Source: Camelus ferus (taxonomy: Eukaryota). Taken from it: a stretch of 64,000 nucleotides of DNA. The translations under genes were made by a program, and so were the position numbers. Under the pieces are notes generated by a model. That model did no database searches and had not been told where the DNA came from. It saw only the letters and a program-made list of their open reading frames with translations. Positions within the stretch are counted from its first letter, which is position 1, and each line of letters starts with the position of its first letter. The DNA is taken from positions 13,146,001-13,210,000 of the forward strand of contig NC_045697.1 of assembly GCF_009834535.1 (NCBI RefSeq), written 5' to 3'. This document shows, one piece after another, positions 1 through 14,439 of this stretch.

Positions 1-1149
1 TTCTGGATCAGTATCCATATGGGCAATACGGTTTGGGGTCCTGCAGAGTTTGATGCTTTACAAAGTGAGCTTTCAAGTTATGAAGTTCTACCTTCTTGGT
101 TCTCTTCCTTGTCAACTATTTGAACACTGGGTAAGTCATCTAAGTATGCTAAACTTTCCTTATTATTAAAAAAGAAGGGGGGAGGAATGGGGAGAAATGG
201 GAACTTAGTGAGTAAATGTTGTGCATCTTAATTAGTTATCCATGCCAGGACTTAGCACTTGCCTGGCTCAGTTAGCGATAGCTATGGCTATTATCATCAC
301 CACGATTACTCAGCTTGTCAGACTTGGCACCTTTGAGACTGGGTGTTATACAGGGAAAATCATGACCTGGAGACCAAGTTTCACTCTCTGACTCTTTTTT
401 CACTTTTCATGATCACTGCTGTTCTCCCATCAGGAGGGCGGTTAATGGAGATGGGGCTAAGGCATCATCGCAGATGACTCAGAGACTGACTACGTCACAC
501 ACAACAGCCCATGAAGAAACAGAGTCACTTAACAGGGTTTGTCTTGTATCAACAGTCCCAGGTCTTTCTGAAGACAATGTATGAACACTATACTCTTCTC
601 TTTCTATAATGCCCAATAAAAAAAAAAAAGTGCTATAACTGACAGAAAGCATATTACTATCTTAGATCTAAAGTACATACAGAGGATATGAGAATAGCTC
701 CTCTCTTCATTCTCACATGAAGAAACTGAGCAGACAGCCTTCCACACTAGTTAGGGGCAGAGCTGGAACTAAAATTAAGGATTCTCCTAAGACCTTTCCA
801 TACAATCAGGCTGAAGTGATATTTTTCTGTCTTCTTAAACATTCAATACTAAATATAATGAAGTTCCATAAATAATGAAATGTTTAATTCCATGAATGTA
901 TCTTCCTTCTGAAGATACTTTGTGAAAGTTATTTATTCACACATTGAATTCAGGACCATGAGCAGGTTGCAGACTGAAATTATTAACCTCTATCTACAAG
1001 GAAGGGCATTATAACAGAAGAAACCAAGGATTGAGACCAATTTCAAAGCAATTCAGGGAAAAATGAAAAGCTTGGGCTCGGAATTGCTACATATCATGTC
1101 CCAGATGAATCCCCTGTGCCCATATTCCTTTCCCTCAGTAGAGAGGATA

Positions 1150-1350
1150 GGACATGTGAAAAAGACCATGGGCTTTAGTGCCAGAGAAACTTGGACTACA
1201 AATCCAGTCTCATCACTATTTGTAGAATATCTTAATCCTCAGTGTCCTCATCTGTAAAATGGGGATAAATACCCACTTCACAAGCTTGCTCCAAAGATTA
1301 AACAGAATATAAAATTAAGCAGCATAATGATGTGTTAAATAATGCCAGCT
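1150..1350 (+). mobile_element. MIR SINE
   Basis: MIR core 'cctcagtgtcctcatctgtaaaatggggataaatacccacttcacaag' with MIR-like head 'gggctttagtgccagagaaacttggactacaaatccag'. Confidence 0.85.
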
Positions 1351-3997
1351 ATCTTCCCTTCTCCTTTTCTTTAGTATTTGTGGATTCATAGCTTTAAAAT
1401 GTTAGCTTCCCCTTTCCTGGGAGGGTTTGCTTTTCTTAAGAGCCATTCACAGACAGCATTCTTTGCAAGTGCTCCTTTGAACTGCTAAGTGGTCCACCTC
1501 AGTGACATGAACCACGGCAGCCTTTGACTTGCATTATCATGTCTGTGATCACCAACAGCTATTTGGCTTCTGTTCAACGTATGGTCATATTTATGATGAT
1601 ACCTTTAATTCAGGTCTCAAGGGAAATACGCCTTTCCCATTAAACACATCAGTGAAAAAGGACATGAAAAACATTAGTGTCAGAGTAACTACAAAGGAGT
1701 AAATACTACTTAATTTTCACCTGAGAGATGAGAAACTAAACTCAGTACCTTACATTGAAAACCTTTGGCGTTCCATAGTAAATTTTTCAAATATCAAATT
1801 TCAGTATTATTGTGTTGATTGAATTTCCAGAGACTGGCTCTGTACAGCTCTAAGAAAATTACTAGAACTAGAGGAAACACTCTGAAATTCGAGTAAGAAC
1901 AAATTAAATGATGTAAAACCACCAAATTTATTTTTGGAGGAGGTCCTCAGAATCATTATGTCCAGTGGTAGGCAAATCTCCACAGAAAAACGAGAACACA
2001 TTTTCTAGACCATAGGTGTTTAAACAGATTTTTTAAAAACCTACTTTTTACTTCGGTGATAATATTGAAAGCAATGTAAGAACATCCAGTGTCATTTTAA
2101 TGACAATATAAAAATAGATCAATGTCTCAAGATTTTAGTGCCAGAACGTATGTTTATATTTATAAGTACATTGGCACCAAAATAAGTTGCTTAAATGACA
2201 ACATTTAAATACGATTTCAGTGTTTCTGGAAAAGTTAGATGCATGGAGTATGAAGAACCTGGATTTGTATTTTCCTTTTAAAAAGCACCAACCGTATCGC
2301 TCAAGCATTTGGCCTACTTATTGCTAAGCAGGTGGCTGGAAGACTTTATGAAACTTGTAAAAACTTAGTATTCTCACTTCTAATGCAGGAATAATAGATC
2401 TTATGGACTGCCATTCAATCAAATGACATGATTTAAAGTGTTTAGCTTGTGGTCTCACAGAGGAGGCACACACAAACTTGGTAACCCTTTCCTTTCCCTT
2501 CCTCTCTGCTGATACACCCTCTTCTTGGGGCCACCATCCACATGCGTTCCACATACAGTTAAGTAAAACAAATAATGGACATGCTTTGTCACTAATAAAA
2601 TAAATGCAAAATTATTAATATGTAAAATGACTTAAGTGTGTATAATTTCAGGGAAAACATCTCTAAAATACATCATAAAGCAGAGTTCTTAAGAATATTT
2701 TAGGAAATGTTACCCTCTTAGGACAGTTTTCTGGCCTGACTTGGGGAGGAGGCACCAAAACTTTTTCCCACTGGGGCAGATGAATCTTCCAATTCTGTCA
2801 TCTGGAGGCAAAGCACCGCCCAGGAAAGGAGCCCGCAGTATATGGATGTATAAAGTTAGCCAGATTGCTTTTGGTACTGGGTCTAGTAAGTTTAAGAAGA
2901 GTCCTGAGTAACCTTTCGCCCAAGGGTGACAGCTCTCCCCAAATTTGTCTTCTGTTTTCCTCAATGGTATCCTCTCTTGAAGCGTTGGCATAGACCAACA
3001 TTTGTGTTGCCTTCTCATTTTTGCCCTTACCACTGCATTTCACGGCCTAAGGACAGATCCATGCTATATTTTATGGTCCTGCCAAACTCCATCTTTCTCC
3101 TGGAAGACTGAATCTTGCTCCTAAATCTCCCAAACATTTAATGTAGAGGCACAGGGTGGGCTGATATGAAGAATCCAAATAGTTCAAGACAATATTCATT
3201 CATTCAACAAATAATTATTGAATTTGTAAATCTGCAGGGTCACTTTGAGGGTTTCCATGACTGAACAGTAGGAATGCTGAATATAGTGCCTGGAATGCAT
3301 AGCAGATAAGCTTTCTTATAAGATACTTGCTCTAGTTTATCTTTATTCAACTAATGGAGACTTAAATCTCGGCAGACATGTAGTGCATCATTTAACTACT
3401 TCTTAGCTACACAACATATAACAAGATAAGAATTTGTGAATGTTGGAGTGAAGGAGGAAATATCTAGTGGGGTTCAAACCACTTAAAAGAACAGATGAGA
3501 TGGGAAGGTGGTGGATTTAGGCAGATGTGATCTATGTCAGCATAAAGTCTTAATCCTGAAAGATAGGAGGGTGGAGATAAAGGCCAAAATTATACCCATG
3601 CTGTAAATAGGTAGAGCCAAAAATTAAAACCATCCTGTGGAGAATATCCAGATCCTCTTAGAGGATTGTCTAGAGACAGGCCAGATGCTGGCATGGAAGA
3701 GTCTGGAGGAGTGTCAGTTCCTGGGCGATAAAGAGATAAAGAGGGATGGATCATGGAAGTGATAACCAGTTAGAAAAGTCTGACCCAGGAGACAGAGGAA
3801 AATCCAGTTGCATAATCCAAGGTGACAGCATCCAGGCAGGGTCTGTGCTCTGTAGGCTCAGTGTCTGAGAAAGGGAGTCTGGATCATGAAGAGAGTAACT
3901 AGTTCAAAGATTTATGGTAAACAGAGATCACCCAAACTGATTTGTATGTTACTGAGTCCCAATGGCTACTGCTGGCTGCTTCTTGCCTTCTGTCTCC

Positions 3998-4118
3998 TTT
4001 AAAAAAATTTGAAGTATAGTCAATGTAATTCGTTGTGTCAATTTCTGGTGTACAGCATCATTTTGGTCATACATATACATACATATATTCATTTTCATTA
4101 TAAGTCACTATAAGAGAT
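3998..4118 (-). mobile_element. Short 5'-truncated L1 3' end (artiodactyl/camelid-type)
   Basis: 'tttgaagtatagtcaatgtaattcgttgtgtcaatttctggtgtacagcat...catacatatacat' is the reverse complement of an L1 3'UTR terminus, similar to the end of the L1 at 52.3-52.8 kb. Confidence 0.8.
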
Positions 4119-5348
4119 CATCTCCAAAGTGTCTCTGGTGTCAATAGACACATACTATTTAAGTATAAAAACCAAGAGCAAGAGTAAATCTTAGAGAAAT
4201 CAGACTAAGGTATGAGACCAGGAATGTGTGCATGTGTGAATACTTTGTCTCATCTGGGTGACTTTGCAGACATTTGTACCCAGTGTGAGGCAGCGATGAG
4301 ATATGAGGATAATGTATTAAGCCTGAGTTTTAAAAACAATCTTCACCTTTTTTTTTTTCTGTATCCAAAGATGAGCTGTATCCACAACAGGTAAAGTAAC
4401 ACAATTTACTCAGCTATATTTGTTCCTCCAAATGATTTAAAAATTCTCACCTGAGCCACCCTTTGAACCAAATATATATTTTTTTAAATTTAAGTTTGTT
4501 TTAAATGAAAAACCCTATTGTTCAATCACTCTACTCTTTAACCAGGATTCATTCTGACTGATGTTCAGCAGTTTTTAAAAGTCAAATCTACCCTCAAGTG
4601 GTGATGATTTTTATCAGTGGTGACATTTAGTACAAGTTGAGTTGGAAAAATGTTTTGAACAATTTTCCATGAGGAGTTATAGGTGGTGAGAATCTAAGCC
4701 AGGACAAAAATGTTTATCGTGCCTGTAGAAATAGCCACTTAATGTGTGATCTTACAGATTCATCTTGTATACCTTTTATTTTCTCTTTATATTAACACGT
4801 TTGTTTTTGTTTTTTTGCATCCCATAGGACAGATTTGATTTTACAAAGCAAAGAGAACATGCCCATAGATAATCAGTCTTAAGGTAGTTACCTTGTTGTT
4901 TGTCTCATATGACTGTATAATTGGTGAGTTAACTCAGAAGTGCCTACATGTTTGGCTAATAACTTCATTTTGTCACTTTTATTACTACTTTAGCATTCAC
5001 ACAACTTCTTCCGTGGACATCATTCCATTTGGTTCTTAAAAACATTGCAGGATGTTCATTTTAGGATTTAAGTAATTTTCTATCTCTGTTTTAAAGATGA
5101 TGGGTGAGTTCAGGAGTTTAAGTGACTTGCACAGTTTACATAGTGAAGTGAAAGGGTTTTGCTAAAATGCATTTCATAAAAGATTTCTTTCCACTCCGCT
5201 ATGTGAGGCTCTAAATGATTTATCTGCCATAAAAATGAATGCTCAGATAAAAGACACAGTCTGAAAATTCAATAGAGAAGACATCCAGGAATACTAGATA
5301 GCAGGGTATTTTGTTCACATGTGTGTCAGGAGGATGTGTTTGTCTGTG

Positions 5349-5388
5349 AGAGGGAGAGAGAGAGAATGTGTGTGTGTGTGTGTGTGTG
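5349..5388. repeat. Compound (GA)n(TG)n microsatellite
   Basis: gagagagagagaa followed by about 11 TG units. Confidence 0.95.
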
Positions 5389-7829
5389 CGTTGTTTATTG
5401 GGAATACAGGTAATTTACATTAAATGTACTGAGAGTTTTATATATTACAAAACTTTAGTGATGGCGTAGGGAAAACTAAAATAATATGGGCATAATTGAT
5501 GCTGCCTTTGAGCCAAATAAGGGTAAGATTTTCAAAATATATAACAGGTTAAACTACAATCACTCTCCACAGATCTCTGTGCTCGGTGATACTCCCCTCC
5601 CTGCGTGTTTTTGCACAACGTCAGCTCAGCTCTTTTGGCCTTTGCTACAGCCTATGCTTCCTTAAAAGACTGCAGTTTAAGGTTTACTTTTTTGAAGAAC
5701 TTTTTGACTTTTCAAATTTTACTCACTGAGCTTTTTCTTAACTCTGAAGGCTCAATGCTTCATGGATTGGTGCCCAATTCTTAAATTATGTCTCATCTAT
5801 CGGTTTTCTCTCAGGAAACAACCAACAAATGACCACCATGTGAATTTAGGTACAAATTCCTGCTCTCAACCCACATTGAATAACAAAGTGCCTAAAGTCA
5901 GAAAAAAATATTGCACCTTGTGTCCACAGTATCAGGGCAAAGATTATCACAAATTTGGAAATGTAATTATTGCTTAATTGATTATAGTGATCTGTATGAT
6001 AACTTTATTAAATTAATAAAATATCAGCAAACTTATATCAGGAGGAATTGTTGAGTGACTAGTTGTACATCAGAAGGAATTGTTTAATGTATCAGTTGAT
6101 GTAAAAATAACTCTTTTAAAAATGAAGATTTAAGGGAATTTAAAATAGTTTGTTCACATACAGTTAAATATGACTCCTAAAATAAAATATTATCATACAA
6201 TTAATTTGTTCATGAATAATCAATAGCCATTTTGTCATAGGTCAACCTTTTTAGCTTGGTTCTCTTTTAGATGATCAATTATATAATTATATATATATCA
6301 ATTATAATCATGACATTGTGGCCATGAGTGTGTGTGGTATGAGAATGTCTATAAATTCAACTAAAAATATCTTCCTGATGAAAGCTCATATGAGGAGGTA
6401 AAGAGCATACGGACTTGCTTTCTAAGTCACATGGGTACATTTTAGTAGACAATAATGGTAATTTATTGTCCAAAATCTTTTTGCATGTAAACATCAAGAA
6501 CCCAGAGTGGATTTTAAAAATGCTTTGCGGTAGAGATTTGCCTTATCGCCTACAAAAAGACTGCCATGTTTTAGACATTGAAAAATACAAAGGGATCATT
6601 CTAGTCACTTGGTTGCCTGGGTGCTCTGGATACACAGTGGAGAAGAGGAATGATAAAATAAGTGGTTATAAAACTCCACTGGGCTAGAGACTGCCAAAGT
6701 ACAACTTCAAATTCCATTTGCATTTAAAAGAAGCACACTCAAAAATAATTTTCTCTTCGAACATTGTTAAGCCTGAATTTATTTTATATAACTCCCACAG
6801 GACACATTTCTGGTAGCAATTGAATGCATTTCCTTGCTCTAATGTTAAAGCCAATTTCTTGAGCAACTTGTGCCAAAATACCTATCAAAATTATTTTGAG
6901 GTGTAAAAACATGGTGTCACCTGATTCTAATTCCAAAACAGTCCAAGTTACACTGCATTTAAAATTTCTTGCCAAAATATTCAATCAAGAGAAAAATACA
7001 ATAATTAGTTAAAATTATCACCCAAGTTTTCAGACTAGAAGAGTTTTAGCTGGATCCACATGAGAATTGCGAATGTTTCAGTTTGTTGATGATATTTCCA
7101 TTGTCTGAAATTCTAAAGCACCCACATTTGTAGGAAAAAAAATGCATAATTCAAATGCCAGACATTGGACTGGGTTTTGCTATTTGAGAAACCGAGAACA
7201 ATAACTTTTTTCAGATGAACAGTGTATTTAAAATTTACTCTTCCAATTTTTTTTTTTGTTGTGGTCATAGTGAAAACAAGGTTCAGAGACGTTCACTTAG
7301 TCCCACGTTACACAGCAAATAGGACCCAAGTTCAAATCCCCTAATTGTTAGTCTGGAACTCTTTCCTTTACCACACAGTGTCATTCCGGGTTGCAATTCA
7401 TGTGTCTTCATGGAGATAGTTGGTGTTCTGACACCCTGCCATGAAACTGTCCCACACACCTGAGTCCTGTCTTTCTATCCCAGTGTGCGGATCAAATGGA
7501 CCTTCAAGCATCTCTCACTTACCCCACTCTTAGGAACATTTTGTGGGTCTCTGACTTGCTTTGGACTTGACCATGGCAGTTTGTCCCATTGCACAGGAGT
7601 AAAACGTGGTGTTAGCATTTGGTAATCACATTTTTCATCCCAACGCCTCTATTCCCCAATTCAGAGTTACGTGAATTGGAGAATGTTAAATATTTTTTAT
7701 AGGGTTGAATATCCACATCTCTCAAAAGAAAATTTACCAAACTCTCAAAATTGTGTCTAAATGTGTCTAGAGCACATAACAAACATAACAACTCTTATAA
7801 ATGGTACCTATCATTCTTATTATTAGTAA

Positions 7830-7990
7830 ATTCAACATGATTCACTAGTATGGAGCTCCTGTCAAACAAGGCTAATGCAGTGATGGGTATATTAATGGAG
7901 ATATGTGTCCGGAAGGGAAGACTTCTCTTTCCACTTCTGCCTTTATGACCAGTACATCGCTGGGCTAAATCTTCAGTACTCTGTATAACA
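7830..7990 (+). mobile_element. L3/CR1 LINE remnant
   Basis: 'aaggctaatgcagtgatgggtatattaatggagatatgtgtccggaagggaag' resembles the recalled CR1/L3 ORF2 segment 'aaagctaatgcaatcttgggctgcattaatagaagtatagtgtccaga'. Confidence 0.55.
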
Positions 7991-8499
7991 AGGCTTTATA
8001 AATAACATAAACATACTTGGGAGTACTGTTTTATTTTTCTTCTCAACTACAATATGAATTCCTTCAACTGAATTCCTAAGTTTCATTTGCCCTTATATCT
8101 TTTGAACCAAATAACCTCAGCCTTCTTATTAAAAAAAAAAAAAAAAACCCACCACTTGCAGGGTTGTTGTGATAATAAATAATGACAAAATTATGAGCAA
8201 AGGTTCTGATAGATGGTTTACAGTCCTTGAAAGATATTAGCCCCTACTCTTGCCTCAGTTCCATGCCTGCCCTCCTAGAAATGTCTCCTGGTCTCTGCGT
8301 TTCCTGGTTACACCCTTTGCCATTCTGAGGACAGTCTGCCTTCTGCATGATGTCATCCAAGCTCTGCTGTCGTGCAGAAATGGCTTGCTAATCTAAGAAG
8401 TCTGTGGTCTTGTCTTTGCAGACTTTAAATTCTTAGGTCTGGAAAATAAAAATGAGAACCAGCTATAAAGGTGATCAGATCCAGCCTCACAATGGCTGA

Positions 8500-8745
8500 C
8501 TGAGCTTTCACCATGGCCCAGGCACTGGGTTAAACAGAATTATTTCTCCCACTTCATTTAATCCTTAAAATATCTCTATAAGGTGTCTCCAATTTAGAAA
8601 TCTCCATTTTAGAAATTAGAAAAATGAGGTTCAGAAAGATTAAGTCACTTATTTCCAAAAACACAGCTAGTGAATAGCAGAGCTGAGAGTTTAACCTTTG
8701 TTGTCTGATGCTGAAGCCCAGGTCCATAATCATTTTGTATGATGC
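8500..8745 (-). mobile_element. MIR SINE
   Basis: 'atttaatcct...aaatgaggttcagaaagattaagtcactt...acacagctagtgaatagcagagctgagagtttaacc' is the antisense MIR pattern. Confidence 0.85.
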
Positions 8746-8759
8746 CTCTTTTCAACATC

Positions 8760-9015
8760 TACCCATTGATCCGGATTCTGCTGCTAGATCTAAACAAAAA
8801 TCTTAAATCTCTTCTTCATTTGACAGCCCTCTACACAAGTCAAATCGATTATCATTGGATCTTGGAGTCCTGAGCTTCTGTTTCTCCAGGCTAAAAAAAA
8901 AAAATAGAAACAAAAAACAAACAAAAAACTTCAGGCCCTTTATTACTCACACATACGACATCAGCTCAAATCTTGTCAATACACTGGTCACTCTTCCTTT
9001 AACATCCATGTACCA
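8760..9015 (-). mobile_element. L3/CR1 LINE remnant
   Basis: 'cccattgatcc...tgacagccctc...ttctgtttctccaggctaaa...ctggtcactcttcc' follows the antisense L3 consensus; a poly-A/AAAC expansion sits inside. Confidence 0.65.
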
Positions 9016-10191
9016 TTTTACCTAAGCTCCACTGAAAACAGGAAATTTAAGAAACCAAGGACACCACATTTGTTTCGCTTCAGCAAGGAGTAGAAACACA
9101 CACTCCTGTTTCTTTTTCTATATTTTCACCTGATGGTTTCACTATTCTTTTCTTGTTACTCACTTCATAAAATTAATTATAATAAAACCATATTACATGG
9201 AGAAATGAATTAATACACGAAAAGCACATTGGTCCCTGTGTTGCTGTTTGGTGATCTCTCAGCAGCCATAAGGAATAGAATGGCTGGGTGATGCCAGCAC
9301 AGCCATTTTTCCCCTTTCGTGCATTATGTCACATATACTGAGGAGTGATGGGCCAGTCACTAGAGACGAAGTGATGCCTGAGATGTCTGCTTTTTCCACA
9401 GGAGGTGTATAGCCTCGTAAGGGAAAACAGACAAGAAAATAAAAAGGAATTGATAAAGCATTATAGATTTTGTAACTGAAGTGCATACATATTTTTGTGG
9501 AAACACAAAAAGAGACGGGTTATTCTACCTTGAGAGAACCCAATTAAAATAGAGGCAATGATAGTTTAGCTGAAACTTTTAAGATGTGACGCTGACCAGG
9601 AAGCCAAGGTCATGGTGTTAGAAACGAGCAAAACGACTAATTCTCAGAAAGGCAGAGATAACTGCCCTAATTTGTATAGTTAGAAGCAGAATTAAAACTA
9701 GAGTCCGACCTTCTCAGCCTCGTCTAGATTTCAGAGATTGTCTCTACATTCTTCCTGGGCTGGATTTCAATACCGGAGCTACCTGGAGCCAACACACTAC
9801 CCGACAGCAAGTTGACGTCCTGCCAGGTAGTGGGGGAGAGGCTGACTTCCCAGGAAGAAAGCTGGTGCCTGGTTCATCCTGCCCCAAACTAGCCCTTCTA
9901 AAAGATCGCTTGAGCCTTCTGAGAAAGCTGATGTTAGGCAGATACCTCAATCAGCAGAGAAGAATCTGCTTGAGCACACCCTGAAGATTCCAGACAGAAC
10001 CGTGACACAGGGGATCTTGAAGCAATGCTCTATCTGAATATGTTTTAATGATATTTTAGGATGCTGAAGTAGGGATACAATAGGAGGATACAGCCCAGGT
10101 GGAGAGAAAAAGAAACTGAACGTAAACTGAGCATCCACTGACATTCATTGCATCAGCCGCTAATTTAAGGTTGATAACATCTTACCAGAGC

Positions 10192-10689
10192 TGTTAAGTT
10201 TTAAAACATGTCGGCAAATTCTTTGACGATTTTCTCATAAGAGATGGGATTGAACTCCCCACCCCTTGAATTTGCATCAACATTAAATGACTCACTTCTC
10301 ATGAACAGAATGTTATATAAATTCTATACAATTTCCAACCATCTTTTTCTGTGTCTCCCCTTCCCTGGCCTAGGTCTTCAGAGCCCTGCATGTCCATGAA
10401 CAAAGTTCAGCTCCCCTGAACTCAGTGTGCTTCAGCAGCCATGTGGAGACGGAGAGACTGGCTCCAGGAGCCCAGCTGTTCTATTCCACAGCCATTCAGG
10501 TCCAAGGCCCAGTGCGTGAGTGCGAGAAACATCAGGTTTTCCTCTTTTGAGGTTTTTTGAGCCACCCCAGCGGATGGTGAGAAGCAGAGAAAAACTTTCC
10601 TCTCCTCCTTACCAGATTGCTGATCCAGGAACAAATTGTGTTGTTTTACTTTAAGCCACTTGGAGTAGTTGGCTACAGTAGTTGGAACA
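10192..10689 (+). mobile_element. MaLR solo LTR, MLT1G/H-like
   Basis: 5' 'caaattctttgac...ccccttgaat' and 3' 'ttaagccacttggagtagttggctacagtagttggaaca'. Confidence 0.8.
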
Positions 10690-11031
10690 CTAGCGCAGAT
10701 GACCTGAGACTCAGAATATTTTCAGCATTTGCTGTCACCGAATTAGCGAGTTCCAGAGGCAGGCACTATCCTCTAGTTTTCCTTACACCAAAGTGACTGT
10801 CTTTTCATCATATTACATGAACCAGTATATTTTAGTTCAGCTGCAGACGTGTGAGCTCCCATTTCCCCACCGTGAAGTCTATCTTACCACAGTACTGACA
10901 GCTTCCCCTTGATACTGACAGTCACAAAGCTGTTATCTGAATGGCAAATCTCCGGGAAAGCACCTGTGACACTGATGTAATAATACTAACAACCAACTGT
11001 ATGTACATTTGTAGTTTAAGTGAATCACACC

Positions 11032-11430
11032 TGTGGTGGCCAGTCTTTTTTAAGAGACGGAACTTTTATCCTCTCCCTTGAACCTACAGTTGATATTACC
11101 AATAGAATGTGGAGGATGTGATATTTTGAAACCTCCGAGTTTTGGCTTCTGCTTTCTTTTTCTTGAAAGCCTGAGCCACCAAAGAAACCCAAACTAGGCT
11201 GCCAGAGAAAATGGCCCCACGAAAAGAGGACGGAGAATAACCTGCCATGTGGAGAGAGAGGCCAAATGAAGGAGCACGAAAGAGCAGACATCCATCTTCA
11301 GCCACAGCTGCCATCTGAGTAAAACACATGAGACACCCCAGTGAGGCCAGAGGAGAAATAACCCAGCTGATCCCAGTCTGAACCCATGGAATTGTGAGAT
11401 GCAGGAAAATGGGCTAAAGTCTAGGACTTC
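11032..11430 (+). mobile_element. MaLR LTR, MLT1H-like, degraded
   Basis: 'gccatgtggagagagaggcc...catgagacaccccagtgaggccagaggagaaataacccagctgatcccagtctgaacccatggaattgtgaga'. Confidence 0.65.
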
Positions 11431-12639
11431 AGTGTGCAGAATTCTCTACTCTACTGGATCACAGAACTATCACCCTGACATACCCACCTCCTCCCCTCAC
11501 TCCTACATTTGCTGTCTCTTGTCATTTATAAAAACTGGTTCTTAGAAAACTATACTTGTAAGTGGATGCTTTACAGACATTTCTGGGAGATGGGGTTGTT
11601 TTGGGGCACTTGTGTTTTCCAGGAGGAATCACCAATCAAGTTTCACTGTATCTTTCAGGAAGTGAGAAGTTTGGAGTTGGCCTGGAAGAAACTACTGACG
11701 AGACTCCTAATTAGAAAACTTCACGCCAGGAGGAAGCCTCTGGTCCAGGTCAGAATTTACAGGTGCATCTGCCCAGAATGGACTTAGTGTATGCAGAGAA
11801 AAATGAGCTACCTTAGTGAGTGTACAGACCTGCCCAGGTAGAATGGACATCAACCTGGGAAGATTTCCAGTTTGACCTGGGGGCTCTAGCACCAGGGTTT
11901 GACCTGGTATTCTTCTATTCTTCTGGACTTTACAAAGTTGGTGGTGTGAGTTATTGCCTGTCTCCCTGCTGTGCCTTAAATTACAGAAATCATCCACTTA
12001 CTCTATGGAGCTCTAGCTTGAAATCTTAAAAAACTTGATGGCACATTTCTTTAAAATGAAAGATTGGCTTCTAAAATTGATTTAAAAACATTATTGAGAA
12101 AAATATCTGTTTTAGAGGTGATTTCCTTCTCACTTCCTACTTTTTATTTAAAAAAAATTAATTCCTGTTTACAAAGTCCGTGTAACTACTGTTAGTCCTG
12201 AGGATACAGTGATTAAATAAAATAAAAACGTTTTCATTCTTTTAAGAGCTTAGAGTTTCCTACCTCAAAGGGAGGCTTTTTCCTGAATTTCATGTTGCTC
12301 CAAATTTTAGGAAATGTTCATCAGTGATAGTGTGTCTTTGTTCCATGGATGAGACCAAATGAGGCTCAGAGAGGAAATAACTTTATGCATGTGAACTACT
12401 CCACAGACCTGCAGATTATTAAAAAACAGAATTTAGAAATAAATGATTATCAGTGAAGCCAGATGAATTACCCAGAGATGTCTAATGCCCAATATCTTAC
12501 AGAAGTCAAGACTTTTGATTTGCAATTCAGCATACCTAATTACCAGTTTCCAAAGAGGGTTACAGTCTGAATCTTCTAGTGCACAGTAAGGTGTTATCTG
12601 TATTATTAAGACGTTGAATTGGTTATTCCAAATTTTTAT

Positions 12640-12780
12640 AGAGTAATTAAGGTCACAGGCTTTGGAGTCATAGTGCCCTGGGTTCAAATCATGACCTCTC
12701 TCTACTAGTTGCATTATCTTGCACGAAATGATAAATTTCTAGGAGTCTCAGTGCTCCCATTGCTAAAATAGATTTTTTTG
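12640..12780 (+). mobile_element. MIR SINE (5' part)
   Basis: 'acaggctttggagtcatagtgccctgggttcaaatc...tactagttg...gtctcagtgctcccattgctaaaat'. Confidence 0.8.
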
Positions 12781-13898
12781 TCACCTTGTAATTATTCAAT
12801 TAAGGATAGCTATGAATTAGCAATTTTCCTCCCTTGGACTTCCATTTTATCTTTTATCTTTGGAAATATTTTATTTTCATTACAACTGTCAGTTGTAAAG
12901 TAAAGCAATGCTTTACTGATGCAAAACTAATGATTATAAATAGGGGTTTGTTGAACAAAAGTTACTTTAAAAAGACAAGGAACTCACACTCAGAAAAAGA
13001 CATTTCTGCCTACATATTTCAATATAATTTTTTCAGTATCAACAATCACTACCAATTTAAGGTAAGAAGAAAGAATGAAGAATGTTATGAGAAATAAATT
13101 AATTCAAAAACCAAAGGCAACTGGGCATGGTCTAAGGACCTCGAGAAAATATGGTCCAGTTCTCAAGGTAACTCCAAAAACATTGCTTTTTTCTCCCGAT
13201 GTCCAGAGTCTCCTTTCTCCACTTGTAAATGTAGATTAACTTTGCTTCTCACCATCAAAAAACCATGCTGTATCTTAAACAAGCATAGTAACAGGTGGGG
13301 GAAGGGGGTAAGGACTGATGAGGAAAGTACTCAGTTCTCTTTGGCAACTGTAGGCAACACACTGAAATTAACAATTTTTTCAGCTCTCAACTGAGGTCTC
13401 TGCTTGCTTACTCTTTTCCTGCTTCTTAAGTCTCCATGTCCATTATTTTATTGTCTTGTTTCATCCATGACACTATTCCATTATATCCAAGCCTTTATCA
13501 TCCTATACCCTCCTTCCCAATTGCAATTTAGACCTCATATTTCTGTGGGAAACACAGCTTTTTTCACATCTGACATCCACTCTTCTCTTCATTTCTACAG
13601 GTATCCACACCAGCAATATGCTCACTAAAAAGTTTTACTCGTCACTCTAGGACTCGGTGACTGAGAGAGAGTCTGAGCAGAGGGCAAGGGTACTGCTTAC
13701 ATCCTGTGCCTTGATCTGGGCACAGACTGGATTTAAGGTATGTTCCAGTTGTAAAAATTTATCACACTGTATCTTTTTCATACAAACATCTTTTGATATG
13801 TTAATTATTGTTCAACGTAAAGTGAAAAAAAAAAAAAGAAGAGAAAAGAAGCAGTTACAAAAACAACACAAATCACTCCTATTCAAAATGAATGATGT

Positions 13899-14338
13899 CT
13901 GTGGAAGCCAGTTCTGTATATCAAGATATAAGCAGAATTCTACAGGATGGGGCTTGTGGTAACTACTGTTTTCCTGGTAGAAGCAGAAGGTTCAGGTTGA
14001 CCATGACTTTTGTCTTTTATTCTCTCCATTCTCATGTTTTTCATTCCTGGGACTCAGTCATGAGCCTGGAGTTAAGTCATATCCCTTGTAATCATAATCG
14101 TGAAAGCTACAGGCTAACACAGTAAAGTAGAAAGCTAGAAGGAGCTTGGGCATTGATTTCCTTCGTCCAAGGTCATCTATCTTGGGTTGCGACCTCTAGA
14201 CTTCTTGTTATTTAGGAAAAACACATCTTTATATATTTACAGCACAAAGTCTTAGATTTTTCTTTTGATCTCTCTTTCTCTATCTTTCATTCCCTTTCTA
14301 TTTTTTTTACATGCATCCAAATTTAATCCTAACTGACT
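13899..14338 (+). mobile_element. MaLR LTR, MLT1J/K-like
   Basis: 'gaaggagcttgggcattgat...acctctagacttcttgttat...catgcatccaaatttaatcctaactga'. Confidence 0.6.
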
Positions 14339-14439
14339 TTCCAACCTTTCCTGAGAGACTCCAATATTTGCTCTTTTTTTTTTTTAAACAAATAAGGCTA
14401 TAATTTTCTTACAGAGCCAAATGTTGGAAGGGACAGGTG

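Noticed and set aside
3420..3960. Purine-rich stretch possibly an ancient LTR
   Set aside because: I could not recognise termini or family motifs with enough confidence.
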